Shown piece after piece: positions 52,101 through 64,000 of a stretch of 64,000 bases of DNA. Each line of letters opens with the position of its first letter. Position 1 is the stretch's first letter. Below the pieces are notes generated by a model that saw nothing but the letters and a program-made list of their open reading frames with translations, was not told the DNA's origin and did not search any database. The DNA comes from Paragordius varius (Eukaryota; Animalia; Nematomorpha): contig OZ176051.1 in the NCBI GenBank assembly GCA_964247055.1, positions 4,278,001 through 4,342,000 of the forward strand, written 5' to 3'. Position numbers and translations under genes: made by a program.

Positions 52101-52912
52101 AATGATTGCATATTATGCATTCACCGCTTGGTAATTTAATTGTTATGCGCTTGTTATTGTTAATACATTGGGTGGAGTATAATAATTTTTTTAGGAAACA
52201 TTTTATTGACAACAAATCTATAAAGTTACTGTTTTGAAAACCGTTGTATAATACAATTCCAATCAAATTTTCCCTTGATTGAAGTTTTAAATCTTCATTG
52301 TTAATCGAGATTTGACCAATAATTATCTAATAATGTATTTATAGTCTTAAATTTAAATTAATTATGCAGAAGTAATATACCAATAACTTACTTTAAATTT
52401 AAATTGGTCTGCCATTATATTTTGTTGTGATATATCGTTTAATTCTTCTCTAGTCCAATTTCCTATAAAACAAAAATTAATGATGGATTTTAGGACAATT
52501 TTTGTTCTCTAATATAATATAAACCATAATAATACCTTCAAATGTGTTGAACACTGTCCACAGAGTTGATTATATTTCATTAAAATATATTGAATGAGTT
52601 TTTTCTTATCACAGTAAATTTTCTCTGCATCGTCAAAAGTCTCTTTCGCAATTTTCTTGATTATATCATTTAGATTTTCATACAAAGGCTGAATTGGAAT
52701 AAATTCTCTTAAAACGTCTTTATCCAAATAACATAATCCGAACATTAGAATTTTGGGTAAATCTTGAGAATAGATAATCAAGGAAAATATATCACAAAGA
52801 GCCGTCATTATAGTATTATTCATTATTGGCATATCCTTTTCATCCAATTTAATTATCAAACAAATACCTATATCATATTAAAAACCAAGGTACTAATGAG
52901 AATATTATCCAT
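49101..52912 (-). CDS. M1AP: Meiosis 1 associated protein
   Basis: Exons (minus) 52912-52894, 52867-52536, middle exons at about 52290-51720 not fully resolved, 51492-51400, 51129-51028, 49803-49537, 49181-49101. EGVCESILIGKPLILRPTHNWKLEWDLLEENRKRFVALC, MFYVIFPSPSDTLLLKQVAVEELYLP and ETFNPLD match remembered M1AP motifs (SGLCESL..PFILRPTSCWQLDWDEL, FYVIMPSHSLTLLVKAVATRELMLP, PTYNPL). Confidence 0.85.
50321..50554. mobile_element. hAT-type MITE
   Basis: TIRs CAGAGACGTAGCT / AGCTACGCCTCTG with a near-identical 8-bp TSD (caaatggt / caaatgat). Located in an M1AP intron. Confidence 0.8.
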
Positions 52913-54279
52913 CGGTATATACAATCGTCTGCTTAGGCAAAAATTTATGATTTTGGTCAAATAATAAAATTCTTACGACAAACTTTAGGCTTCTTTTTGA
53001 ATAAAGCTAGATTAGCAAATCTCTAACTCAATTTCTTAATTAAACAATTTATAATTTTTAATTAATTTTCCTGTTTTTTATCCAAATTTTACAACAGTGA
53101 TAGGGTTTTCATCCAACATTCTTAAAAAATTCTTAATTTATATTTCTATAATATTTAGTAAATAAAGTTTTTAAAAATAATAGATATATTATTTAATCAC
53201 CACAATAATGATGAGTCAAAACTTTCAATTTAAATTTAAATGTTTTTACAAATTTAAAATAAGAATTATATATTCTTAATGTATAGTTTTTATTTATTGG
53301 GTTAAAAGAAATTAAAATCTATTCTCTCGTTCAAAAGGGGACTGATATAGACGGATTGTGAGGACACTATCATACATTGTCAGATGACAGATAATACAGG
53401 TGAATATCAATAATAAACAGTTTACAATTAATTTTTAAAATCTAACCTGGCATATTAGCATACTTATTTAAAAGTTTGTATATTAATAAGAAAACGCTCA
53501 GAAAACCAAAAAATATTTCTAATTAAATTTTATAAATACACTTATTAAATTCACAAATCCTGGTTCACACAAAAATATTTATTCTCATGATAATGAAGTA
53601 TTTTGTTTAAAATTAAAATACAAATAAATGTTAAAACTTATCCTAAAGTCACTAATAGTTTTCAAATTAGAAAAATATTATGTAATTGCTCCGATTCGTA
53701 TTGTTTTCGAGCACATTTTATACTTTAGATATTAGGCAAATTTTAAAGGCCATTTTTGCTATTTCATAAAACATTATATATTACACTATATATATATTAA
53801 ACTTAGCGCTATGTTGCGACTAGTTAGCCCAGGGGTGTCCAACATGCGGCCCTCCAAAAAAACTTTACGGCCCGCGAAAAATTTGAAAAAAATGAACAAA
53901 TAAAAATTTAATTTTTAAAGTATTTTTTAATAATTCTCAGATTTATATCTATTCGTTTATTAACACTAATGATTGTTTAGTAAAGGGATTGTTGCTATTA
54001 AATATTTATATATACCACATATTACTATTAAATTGGATTTCGTAAACTAAATCGCTCAATCAATAAACGATTTTGAGGTAAAATTATAATTCATTCAAAA
54101 ATTTTATAGACGAAAGTGAAGATAATTCATGTTATTGAAGATAACTTAACAATTTTTAAAAATATGAAGATCTGTATATATTTTCGCAAATTTTGCCAAC
54201 GAAATAAACAAAATTAAAATAATCAGTAAAAATATCATAGTCTTTTATTAAATCCCATGATAATATAATAAAATATTAA

Positions 54280-54854
54280 CACTTCGATTCAAATTGGGGT
54301 ATCTAAATACCCCAGACTAAATTTAAATTAATATTTTTAAAAAACTACTGAAGGAAACGGTTAAATTTATGCTTCTATCCTGATAAATATTATATTAATA
54401 TGCCAAAATATCTAAATAAAATTTTGTTTTGAAAAAAAAGCTCCATCTCAAACTACTTCGACGCCATTTTTATTTTACAAAAATTTTGCAAAATATCGTC
54501 TTTATTTAATTTTAAGGGCAAAGCTAAAGCTAATTTTTTATATATATAACATCTAACATTGATAGAAATAGAAAAAGCGGTTTAGTTTGTATAATTTTTT
54601 AATTTTGCAATTTAACACATGTCACGTTGACGAAATTTTTACCTTTCGGTTTTAGCTCAAAATAAGTAATATCAAGTATTTTTGAATAAATTTTTTTATA
54701 TATTTTAGTTTATTAATGTTATGTAAGTGCAAAATTTTGCCATGGTTTTGATTCCTTCTATACTTTTTAAAGTATTTGATTTAAAACAGGCCTGGGGTAT
54801 CCAACTACCCCAATTTGGATCGAAGGACTAAAATGAGCGTGTTGTATCCAAGTG
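54280..54854 (+). mobile_element. TTAA-flanked MITE (family T, copy A; piggyBac-like target site)
   Basis: TTAA|CACTTCGATTCAA ... TATCCAAGTG|TTAA; homologous to copies B-E. Confidence 0.8.
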
Positions 54855-55682
54855 TTAATTGCTATCCTTATGTTATATTTTTTTCAATGTGCTGAATTTT
54901 TTTAGCTGGAAATGCGGTACCACAAGCCTTGTAGGCCCTGAGTTAAATGATGTTTTAAAAGATATGGCCTAAAACAGTAATATTCAAACTGCGGCCCCAA
55001 AAGTGCTTTTTATGGCAAATTAAATATTTTTTTGATTTTTTAATAAAATTTATGCTCCAGTTTTTATCATATGCATCTAAATTTATATAAAAATATTTGA
55101 GAGAAATGGCAAAGGACCAGGCTATATTTAGTTTTGGCAAGTTGTGTCAAATAAATATTAAAAAATCTTGAATTATCCCCATTTTTGTTTCAACACACAT
55201 CGAGGATATTTAAAAAAATTAAAAGACAAAGGATAGAGACGTTCGCTTGTTTTAACAAGATTGTAATGGTTAATTATAAAATATATCCATTTTGTAGAAA
55301 ATTAATTTAGTTGCATAACTCGCAAAAAATATTGGTTGCTGATCTAGCCTATGATACTTGGCAGCAACACATTCTTTTCAGTCCTTCGATTCAAATTGGG
55401 GCAGTTGGATACCCCAGGCCTGTTTAAATTTAAATACTTTAAAAAATATTTATAGAATCGAAACCATGGCAAAAGTTTACATTTATTTAGAATTAATAAA
55501 CAGAAATATAAAAAAATATTTATTCAAAAATACTTAGTATTACATATTTTGAGGTACAACCCAGAGGTAAAAATTTAGTCAACTTGATATGTGTCCATTA
55601 GCTAAATATAAAAATAATATAAAGTAAGCCACTATTTTTGTTTCTATCAATGTATATAAAATTAGCTTCAATTTTAAATTAA

Positions 55683-56226
55683 CACTTCGATTCAAAGTGG
55701 GGTATCTAAATACCTCAGACTAAATTTGAGTTAGGATTTTTAAAAAACTACTGAAGGAAACTGTCAAAATTTAAATTTATGCTTCTATCCTAATAAAAAT
55801 TATATAAATATGCCAAAATTTCTAAATAAAATTTTGAAAAAAAAGTTCCATGTCAACCTACTTCGACGCCATTTTTATTTTACAAAATTTTTGCAAAATA
55901 TCGTCTTCATTTAATTTTAGGGGTAAAATTAAAACTAATTTTTTATTTAAACATCTAACATTGATGGGAATAAAGCGGGTTATTTTGTATTATTTTTTAA
56001 TTTTACCATTGCACGCATGTCAAGTTGACTAAATTTTTACCTTTTGGTTTTAGCTTAAAATAATTAATACCAAGTATTTTTGAATAATTTTTTTATATAT
56101 TTCGGTTTATTAATGTTATACAAGTGCAAGATTTTGCCATGGTTACGATTCCTTCCATATTAAGAATTTAATTTTAAACAGGCCTGGGGTAGCTCGAAAG
56201 GACTATTTATGTGTTGTATCCAAGTG
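55683..56226 (+). mobile_element. TTAA-flanked MITE family T, copy B
   Basis: TTAA at 55679-55682 and 56227-56230 with the same ends. A partial reverse copy lies at about 55370-55680. Confidence 0.8.
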
Positions 56227-57001
56227 TTAAATAAATGCGATCATTAAATATGTTGCAAAATAAAAATGGCGTCGAAGCAGTTTGATATGGAAATTTTTTC
56301 ACAACCAAGTTTTTTTGAGATATTTTGGCTTATTTATAGAATTTTATGAGAATAGAAGCATAAATTTTAATTTGGACTGTTCATTAGTTTTCTAAAAACA
56401 TCGAATTGAATATTGCCTGGGGATACCCCAATTAGCGAAGTTATAAGTAGCCGCATAGAAAACTAGGCAATATTTGTCGGTACTGTGCTGTGGCCCTTGA
56501 GTTAAAAAGACATTTTATGCGGCCCGTCAAATCTTTTTGGTGAGTACCACTGTTCTTAAACGATGTGTTTTGCTTAATTAATTTTATGGTAACGTCAATA
56601 ACATGTCTTATTTAATTTTGGGTAAATGCAGAAGGCTTTTATGGTTTTAATTATTTTTTCTGCCATTTTATTAGATAAAGGGATTCTGCTATCATATCCA
56701 TGATATATATTTTTAGCTTTATTACACAATTTTCTAGACTTTTCTACAAACATTAAATTATATAATAATATCAAAAATACTGACGATTAGTACTAAAATT
56801 ATCAATCTTTAGGAATAAATGGGTTAATTATGGCATGAAATATCAAACTTTTGCAATGGTTTAATTTGTTTTGTATTTTAGGAAATATTTGATTTTAAAC
56901 GGGCTTGGTGTCCCTAAAGACCCCAATTTGAATCGGGGGACAAATGAATGTACAAGTTAACAGGTCGTTTTTAAATCATTTGTTTTTCACATGGTAAAAA
57001 C

Positions 57002-59296
57002 ATGCCTGAGGTTAGCGTAGAGTACGAATTTATAATCGAAAAATTACAGGTTTTTTAATATATAAATACCAGAAAACTATTTTGGACAAAACAGAGGAAA
57101 TTAATAGACTGCAATACGAATGTGATGCTATAAAATTTCACAATAAACAATTGTGTAAAAGGGTGGAATTATTGCAGAAAGATAGCTTTAAAAACTTCCA
57201 TGAAGCATCTATAATCAACAATGATCAACAGAACGACAACGTTATTGATATTTTAAATTTGGAATTGCAGGAAAAAATATCTTTAAATCAAAAACTAAAC
57301 GATGACGTACATTTTTTTACTAAAATAGATGCTTAATATTGAAAGAATTTATTCGCAAAAAATTTTGGAGTTAGAAAAAAATCAAAATTCCACAAATGAG
57401 TATTCACCTAATCCCTTATTAATATCTGACATTGTACTGTTGATGATTGTTTTCAGTGAGACTCAGTTACATAAATACCATTTAAGTCAGGTATAAAACA
57501 TAAAAATGTAGATTTTTCTAAGCATTGATAGAAGGCTTTTGAAATTGAAAGATGATCAAGTAAAATATATAATAATTGAGCAGGGTCATAAATCTATGGT
57601 TCATATGATCAAGTTTTTTTCTTATATATTATAGAGATAATGAAATTTTTTCTAAAACATTTTTTAAAACTACAAAAATGGATAGTCATAACATCAACGA
57701 AATTACAGATAGTGTAGCCAGATCGATAAATACCTTTTTACCCGATACTAAATCTTTAATTCAAGATTTGGATTTTAAAAATTTAACTAATAAATCGGAA
57801 ATTACAAATCTAACTGACATTTTATTTGATAATTGGAAGCTCGAATGTTTGACCCGAAATATAAAAGATATAAATTTTGAAAGCGTTAAACCTGTATTTC
57901 GGTATATCATTCAATATTTAATCCTTCACCATAAAGTAATTATAATTTTTTTACCTCTAGCTAAAAACCGTATCCGCTGATGTTATAGTAAATTAATTTT
58001 TATAATATAATTATTTAGTTACCTCGAGAATTTGTAAAAGATGTTTTAGAAACGTACCATGACATAAAGATTAAATGGATAAATTTTTTACAGAAGCAGG
58101 TAGCTACTATTCTATTTAATCAAATAAATATAGGCTAATTATTCCGTTACAGAGATTGAACAAAAATCTTTCGAGGTGGCTAAAAAAATGCATTTTGACG
58201 TGGAAACAGAATTTTTACGTGAAAAACAGGGTATTTTAAAGGAATTAGCTTATTTTAAAAGCAAATCCGATGTTCTTGATGAAAAGGTATTTACTTTCTA
58301 AAATTATTTATTTTGTTGTTTCATTTATCATAATTATTAAATGTATAAACACCATTCGTAAGTTTAGTTAAATTTGTTGGAATCACGCAGTCAAGATGAA
58401 AATGGAGTTGATCGTTTGCAATTGAACCTTTTTGAGAAGCATAATGCCGCTTTAAAAGTAATTATATTATAAGCTAAACATCTGTTATAGAAAAGCTTGT
58501 TGCCAAATTTTTTTTATAACTCGTTTGCTGATCATTATTATCTTTTTTACTTAAATTTAGTTAAAATATTATTTATTCTATATCCAAACAATTAACCACT
58601 GTTTTTATTGGATAGATTAAATGAGAATTTCAATTAAAATTAACGATCCGCATCAAATTTATATGTTTTTCGCAAAAATATACACAAACAAAAGGACACT
58701 TTTGAATAGTATATTTATTTTATTAAAATAAATGAAAGTAATATTTTGTGTGTAATACCTGTTAATTTCATTACTTTGAACTAAATTTTTAAATAAAAGA
58801 AATTGTTTATTTGGTGACAGTTTAATGAAATTAATTATTTAACAAATTATTTACGACTCAAATAAATATTCAAAGTTGATTTTACTTTACAATTTTTAAC
58901 AAGAATATGATATTCGCCTTAACACCAGCTCCAAAGATCATTGTAAACTTAACTGCGGCATTATGGGCTTTACGCCTTATATGCGAAAAACAGCCATTTA
59001 TCTTGTGATCCTATTATCTAAATAATATTTCAATATTGTAAATGCGATTGATTTATATTTAAGTACAATTAATTTATCCCCTTGATTTGTTTATAATTAT
59101 ATCGATAATACTTTTTATTTTCTTAGAAGCGCAGAATAAAACTAATTTATTATTTTTATTTTCAAAAACCTTAATCATTCATTATTATTTTTTATAGGAT
59201 GAACTACTCACAGTAAAAGCTAATTATGAAGATCAAATCACCACACTTTCGGATCATATATGCGTTTTAAATGAAAAACTTCAATCATTTATTTGA
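57002..59296 (+). CDS. PPP1R21: Protein phosphatase 1 regulatory subunit 21 (FERRY subunit), shortened
   Basis: Exons 57002-57049, 57073-57306, 57329-57399, several middle exons (about 57670-58990, not fully resolved) and 59198-59296. LQYECDAIKFHNKQLCKRVELLQ, LELQEKISLNQKL and DELLTVKANYEDQITTLSDHICVLNEKL match the remembered N- and C-terminal coiled-coil motifs. Confidence 0.8.
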
Positions 59297-60295
59297 ATAA
59301 ATTTATTTATTCTTTATATTATAATACCTAAATTTTACTCCATACTTATTTGGAGTTATATTTATAATATGATAAATTATTGAAACTAACTGAATATTTA
59401 TATAAAATTGTTCTATATTTTTTAAGTTATTGAGAAGATTTTTTGGTTTGAAAATTGATTTTAGATGCAAAAATTTTAATAGAAATAAAGCGTTTAAATA
59501 ACAATATATAATTTTATACACTAAACCAGAAAGGTTCAACTGTGGTTTCCCGCTTCTTTTTGTCAAGTCGGTGAACGAAATTCTATACTTTGCATTATAG
59601 TTTATAAAAAAAGGTTTATTTAAAAAACTTTTATTACATATTTTATGGATAAACCTTAAGGTCAAAATTTAGTCAACATGATACGCAGCATTAACTAAAT
59701 ATAAAAATACAAAAAAAGCCATTTTCTACCAAAGTTAGATATTAAACAATAATTAGCTTTAGTTAATATGGAACTTTTGTGTCAAAGCTAAATTTTATTT
59801 AGATATTTGGATTATTTTATAATTTTCATTAAGATAGAAGGGTAAATTTAAATTGAAACGTTTCCCTCAGTACTTTTTATAAATATCAACTTAAATTTAG
59901 TAGGGGCCCCTAGATACCCCAATTTAAATCGCACCCTTGTCTTAAACGAGAGATAATAATACAAAACATAAATAACATAATAAAAATAATATTGTAAGAG
60001 GACATTACTGTTATTTAGAAATTTCTTATAACTAAATAACCCTTGTTCCTCTGATATTAATATATTTTTTGATCTTTAAGATATAACCATATCGTAAAGT
60101 GTCCATATTAGCAAAACGTAATAAAATTATCCATATGCTTTAAACACTGTATTGTCAATTCATAAAATAAATATTAAACATAGTTAATTATATGATTTCT
60201 ATTTGTATTAAAAATGTATCCAGCCATCGTTAATTTGATATGAATCTGAATATAAATATTTACAAAAAGCATTTTGGGAAAGTTTGCCCTATTAA

Positions 60296-60859
60296 CGCTT
60301 CGATTCAAATTGGAGTATCTAAATACCCCATACAAAATTTGAGTTGGGATTTTTAAAAAACTACAGATGGAAACGGTCACAATTTAAATTTATCCTTTCC
60401 CAATAAAAATTGTATAATGCCAAAATATCTAAATAAAATTTCGTTTGAAAAAAAAGTTTCATGTCAAACTACTTATACGCCATTTTTATTTTACAAAGTT
60501 TTTGCAAAATATCGTCTTCATTTAATTTTAAGGGTAAAATTAAAACCAATTTTTTATTTAAATTACATCTAAGATTGATAGAAATAGAAAAAGCGGTTTG
60601 CTTTGTATTATTTTTCAATTTTACCATTGATATGTCACGTTAACTAAATTTTTACCTTTCGGTTTTGGCTTAAAATAATATCAAGTATTTTTGAATAAGA
60701 TCTTTTACATATTTCAATTTATTAATGTTATATAAGTGCAAAATTTTGCCATGGTTTCGATTCCTTCCATTTTTTTAAAGAATTTTTTAAACAGGCCTGC
60801 GGTATTTAACTATCCCAATTTGAATCGAAGGAATAAAATGAATGTGTTATATCCAAGTG
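60296..60859 (+). mobile_element. TTAA-flanked MITE family T, copy C
   Basis: TTAA|CGCTTCGATTCAA ... TATCCAAGTG|TTAA. Confidence 0.8.
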
Positions 60860-61665
60860 TTAAATTAGTGAAAAAAATATATTTTCTGAATCGGTTTTTT
60901 TTTTAATGGATATATTTGGGTCCTTTAGTGGCAGACCTTTTTATAATAATTCGTATCAGAGTGCACATAAAAATATCCAGAAAAAATTTATGTGTACTGA
61001 TGGAATTGTATCATGTTTTTGGGCCTTAAGAGTCATTTAAAATTAACTTTTTGAGCTAATTACTTTGTCTTAAAAATAATAGAGCATTGTGGCGTATCAG
61101 GATTCTCATAACACCCGGGGCTAAATAGGAAAATATATCAGGATTCTCATGGTGCCTTGCGATTAAATTAACAAAGTTATTTACTCTTTTTAGTAAATCC
61201 TTCATATCAAATGGCAAAAATTATGCACATTGGTGAAAGCTAAAAACTTCAATCAAAAAAATATCTTAAACTACATATAAAATAATATTTTAAAAATTTA
61301 ATTTTTAGATGTGGACTCCAAAAGTCGCATTTTTTTTACTCTTCTATTTCTTTGACACTTGGATACAACACATTCATTTTAATCGTTTCATTTAAATTGG
61401 GGTAGTTGAATACCCATGCCTGTTTAAATTAAATACTTTAAACATATTAAAGGAATAAATGGCAAAATTTTGCACTTAACATCAATAAACCGGAATATAA
61501 AAAAATTTTTTTCAAAAATACTGATATTACTTATTTTAACGTAAAATCCATAGGTAAAAATTTAGTCAACGTAACATGTGTGCATTGGCTAAATTGAAAA
61601 ATGATACAAAATAAACCACTTTTTCTATTTTTATCAATGTTAGATGTAATTTAAACATAAAATTA

Positions 61666-61907
61666 GTTTTAGAATGATACAATGTAATATCAGCAAATTA
61701 ATAATAAATTTATTAATGAATTTTCGTTAGATTCATCTAACTTCTTCGGATTAAGATAAAAATAAATTTAAAATAAAGATACAAAATTTTGTATCTTTAT
61801 TTTAAATTTATTTTTATCTTAATCCGAAGAAGTTAGATGAATCTAACGAAAATTCATTAATAAATTTATTATTAATTTGCTGATATTACATTGTATCATT
61901 CTAAAAC
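61666..61907. repeat. Perfect 242-bp palindrome with no spacer
   Basis: 121-bp arms centred on ...GATACAAAA|TTTTGTATC... (61786/61787). It abuts a truncated family-T copy (about 61335-61670). Confidence 0.9.
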
Positions 61908-61978
61908 ATACTGATTCAGCCTAATCCATAATGCAAAGAATATTTAGTCGAAATAAAATTAGTTACCTTTAAAATTAA

Positions 61979-62546
61979 CACTTGGATACAATACACTAAT
62001 TTTAGTCCTTCGATTCAAATTGGGGTAGTTGGATACCCCAGGCCTGTTAATACTTTAAAAAGTATGGAAGGAATCGAAACCATGGCAAAATTTTGCACTT
62101 ATATTACATCAATAAACCTAAATATATAAAAAAATTTATTCAAAAATATTTGATATTAAATATTTTAAGCTAACGTAAAGGTAAAAATTTCGTCAACGTG
62201 ACATGTTTTAAATGGTAAAATCAAAAAATAAAAAATAAATCGCTTTACCTTTTTCTATCAATGTTAGATGTAATTTATATTAAATTTAGCTTTAGTTTTA
62301 TCCTTGAAATTAAATGAAAACGATATTTTGCAAAAATTTTGTAAAATAAAAATGGCGTCGAATTATTTTAAGGTAAAACTTTTTTTTCAAAACAAAATTT
62401 TATCAAGATATTTTGGCATATTTATATAATTTTTATCAGGATAGAAGCATAAATTTAAATTGGGACCGTTTTCTTCAGTAGTTTTTTAAAAATGATAATT
62501 TAAATTTAGTCTGAGGTATTTAGATACCCCAATTTGAATCGAAGTG
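61979..62546 (-). mobile_element. TTAA-flanked MITE family T, copy D (reverse)
   Basis: TTAA at 61975-61978 and 62547-62550; reverse complement of copy A. Confidence 0.8.
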
Positions 62547-62679
62547 TTAAATGAACACGATATTTTGCAAAATTTTGTAAAATAAAAATGGAATCGAAGT
62601 CGCTTTACAATTTTGTTTTAGAGGTGCGTTTGCTTTGACTCTTCGATAATTTTTTTAAAAAACACAATTTATATTTGAC

Positions 62680-63668
62680 ACTTCGATTCAATCTGGGGTA
62701 TCTAAATACCCCAGACAAAATTAAAGTTAAAATTTTAAAAAAACTGAGGGAAACGGTTCTAATTTAAATTTTTGCTTCTATCCTAATAAAAATTATATAA
62801 ATAAGCTAAAATCTATATATTTATAAAAATGGAAAATGCTGGCTTTGTGATCTGCTACAGGAAAACCGGTAGACCCAATCAAATCCAAATATCGAAAAAA
62901 TATAATGATTAATAAATGTCCGGACAATAGCTTCGCCCTTTTTTTGAAATAGGCCCCAAGTTCGGGCGCACCCCGTATGAAAAACGGTTTTTTTTGAAAA
63001 CAGAAGTCCACAAAAATGGTGTCTTTGAGACAATTTTCTGGAGAATTGCGCTGAACATAGTCGTCTCGCCTTTTAAATTTAGGCCCTCTTTTTACCCGCT
63101 ACCCCCGTAAAATGCCATTTTTTTCAAAAAAACAAGTCCACAAAAATAATATTTTGATTGTATTTTTTTCTCAAGGTATGAAGCTGTAAAAATTCAATAA
63201 GGATTCCACGTATTCCCTGTTAAAAGGCAAAATTTTAGATAGCTGCTGAGTAAGGAGTATCTATCATATGCATAGGATGTTAAAAATTATATGGATAATA
63301 AAACATTATTTATGGTAATCTATTTATTTATAAAAATGGAAAAGGCTGGCTTTGTGATCTGGTCCAGGAAAACCGGTAGACCCAATCAAATCCAAATATC
63401 GAAAAAATACAATAATCAATAAATGCCTTGACAATAGCGCCCTTTTTGAATTAGGCCCCAAGTTCGGGCCCAACCCGTGTGAAAACGGGTTTTTTTTGAA
63501 AACAGAAGTACACAAAAATCGTGTCTTTGAGACAATTTTCTGGAGAACGTGTTGGATCATTCAATTTCAAATATGATTTTTGTTAACTTATTTTCGATTG
63601 CACCGATGATAGTCGTCTCGCTTTTTTAATTTAGTCCCACTTTTTACCCGCTCCCCCCGTAAAACGCC

Positions 63669-63700
<32 letters not shown>

Positions 63701-64000
63701 GTCCGAAGTTCCTCGGGCTGCGTAGCAGCACGAGATTTACGCTAGTATCTTAATACAAGTTCGTTTTGAAAAAAAAATTATTTTGCAAAATCTTTGCAAA
63801 ATATGGTTTTCATTTATTTTTCAAGGTATAATTAAAGCTAATTTTTTTAATTACATCTAATATTGATATAAATAGAAAAAGTGGTTTATTTGGTATTATT
63901 TTACAATTTAGCTGAACACACACGTTGACTAAATTTTTACCTTTGGGTTTTACCTTAAAATAAGTAATATCAAGTATTTTTTAAAAAATTTTTTTTATAT
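62680..64000 (+). mobile_element. Family T MITE copy E, interrupted by a Helitron and running off the window
   Basis: acacttcgattcaatctggggtatc start. The MITE sequence stops at 62811 and resumes at 63746. Confidence 0.7.
62812..63745 (+). mobile_element. Helitron (partial plus complete unit in tandem)
   Basis: A|TC starts at 62812 and 63319; 3' hairpin CTCGGGCTGC-GTA-GCAGCACGAG then CTAG|T at 63742-63746; homologous to 42935-43999. Confidence 0.85.

Noticed and set aside
53375-53400. Possible fourth ultra-tight divergent ATG pair (53377 minus, 53384 plus)
   Set aside because: Both frames close quickly, and M1AP and PPP1R21 have better starts at 52912 and 57002.
59303-59665. 120-aa minus-strand ORF
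   Set aside because: Low-complexity AT-driven composition with a TTG/GTG-type start and no motif.
54955-63560. Several 60-78 aa ORFs (54955, 55850, 60174, 60461, 62793, 62821, 63324; also 42944)
   Set aside because: They lie inside non-coding MITE or Helitron repeats. Their mutual similarity reflects the repeat, not a protein family.
1-64000. Alternative genetic code, U12-type introns, tRNA/rRNA genes, telomeric arrays
   Set aside because: All reconstructed genes read with the standard code once the tiny introns are removed. No RTATCCTT intron starts, cloverleafs, rRNA motifs or TTAGG(G) arrays were noticed by eye; tRNAscan or Infernal was not run.

Overview
This is AT-rich eukaryotic (metazoan-type) genomic DNA using the standard genetic code, with no prokaryotic features. 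Ten protein-coding genes were reconstructed by hand. From left to right they are: a 5'-partial uninflatable/SVEP1-like EGF-LamG-HYR-sushi-GCC2 transmembrane protein (+), NMD3 (-), CLASRP (+), YIPF6 (-), GPN2 (+), FAM174-like (-), DPH7 (+), an LRR-LRRCT single-pass receptor (-), M1AP (-) and a shortened PPP1R21 (+). Introns and intergenic DNA carry decayed mariner and RTE elements, Helitrons, hAT, Tc1 and TTAA-flanked MITEs, foldback-like repeats and a 242-bp perfect palindrome. The most striking signal is gene architecture. About 20 GT-AG introns of only 21-31 nt cluster at the 5' ends of intracellular-protein genes, and three gene pairs are head-to-head with only 77, 52 and 22 nt between predicted start codons. 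The two cell-surface genes have no intron under 70 nt. The organism cannot be identified from sequence alone. All gene models and family assignments come from manual translation and remembered family motifs, not from database searches.
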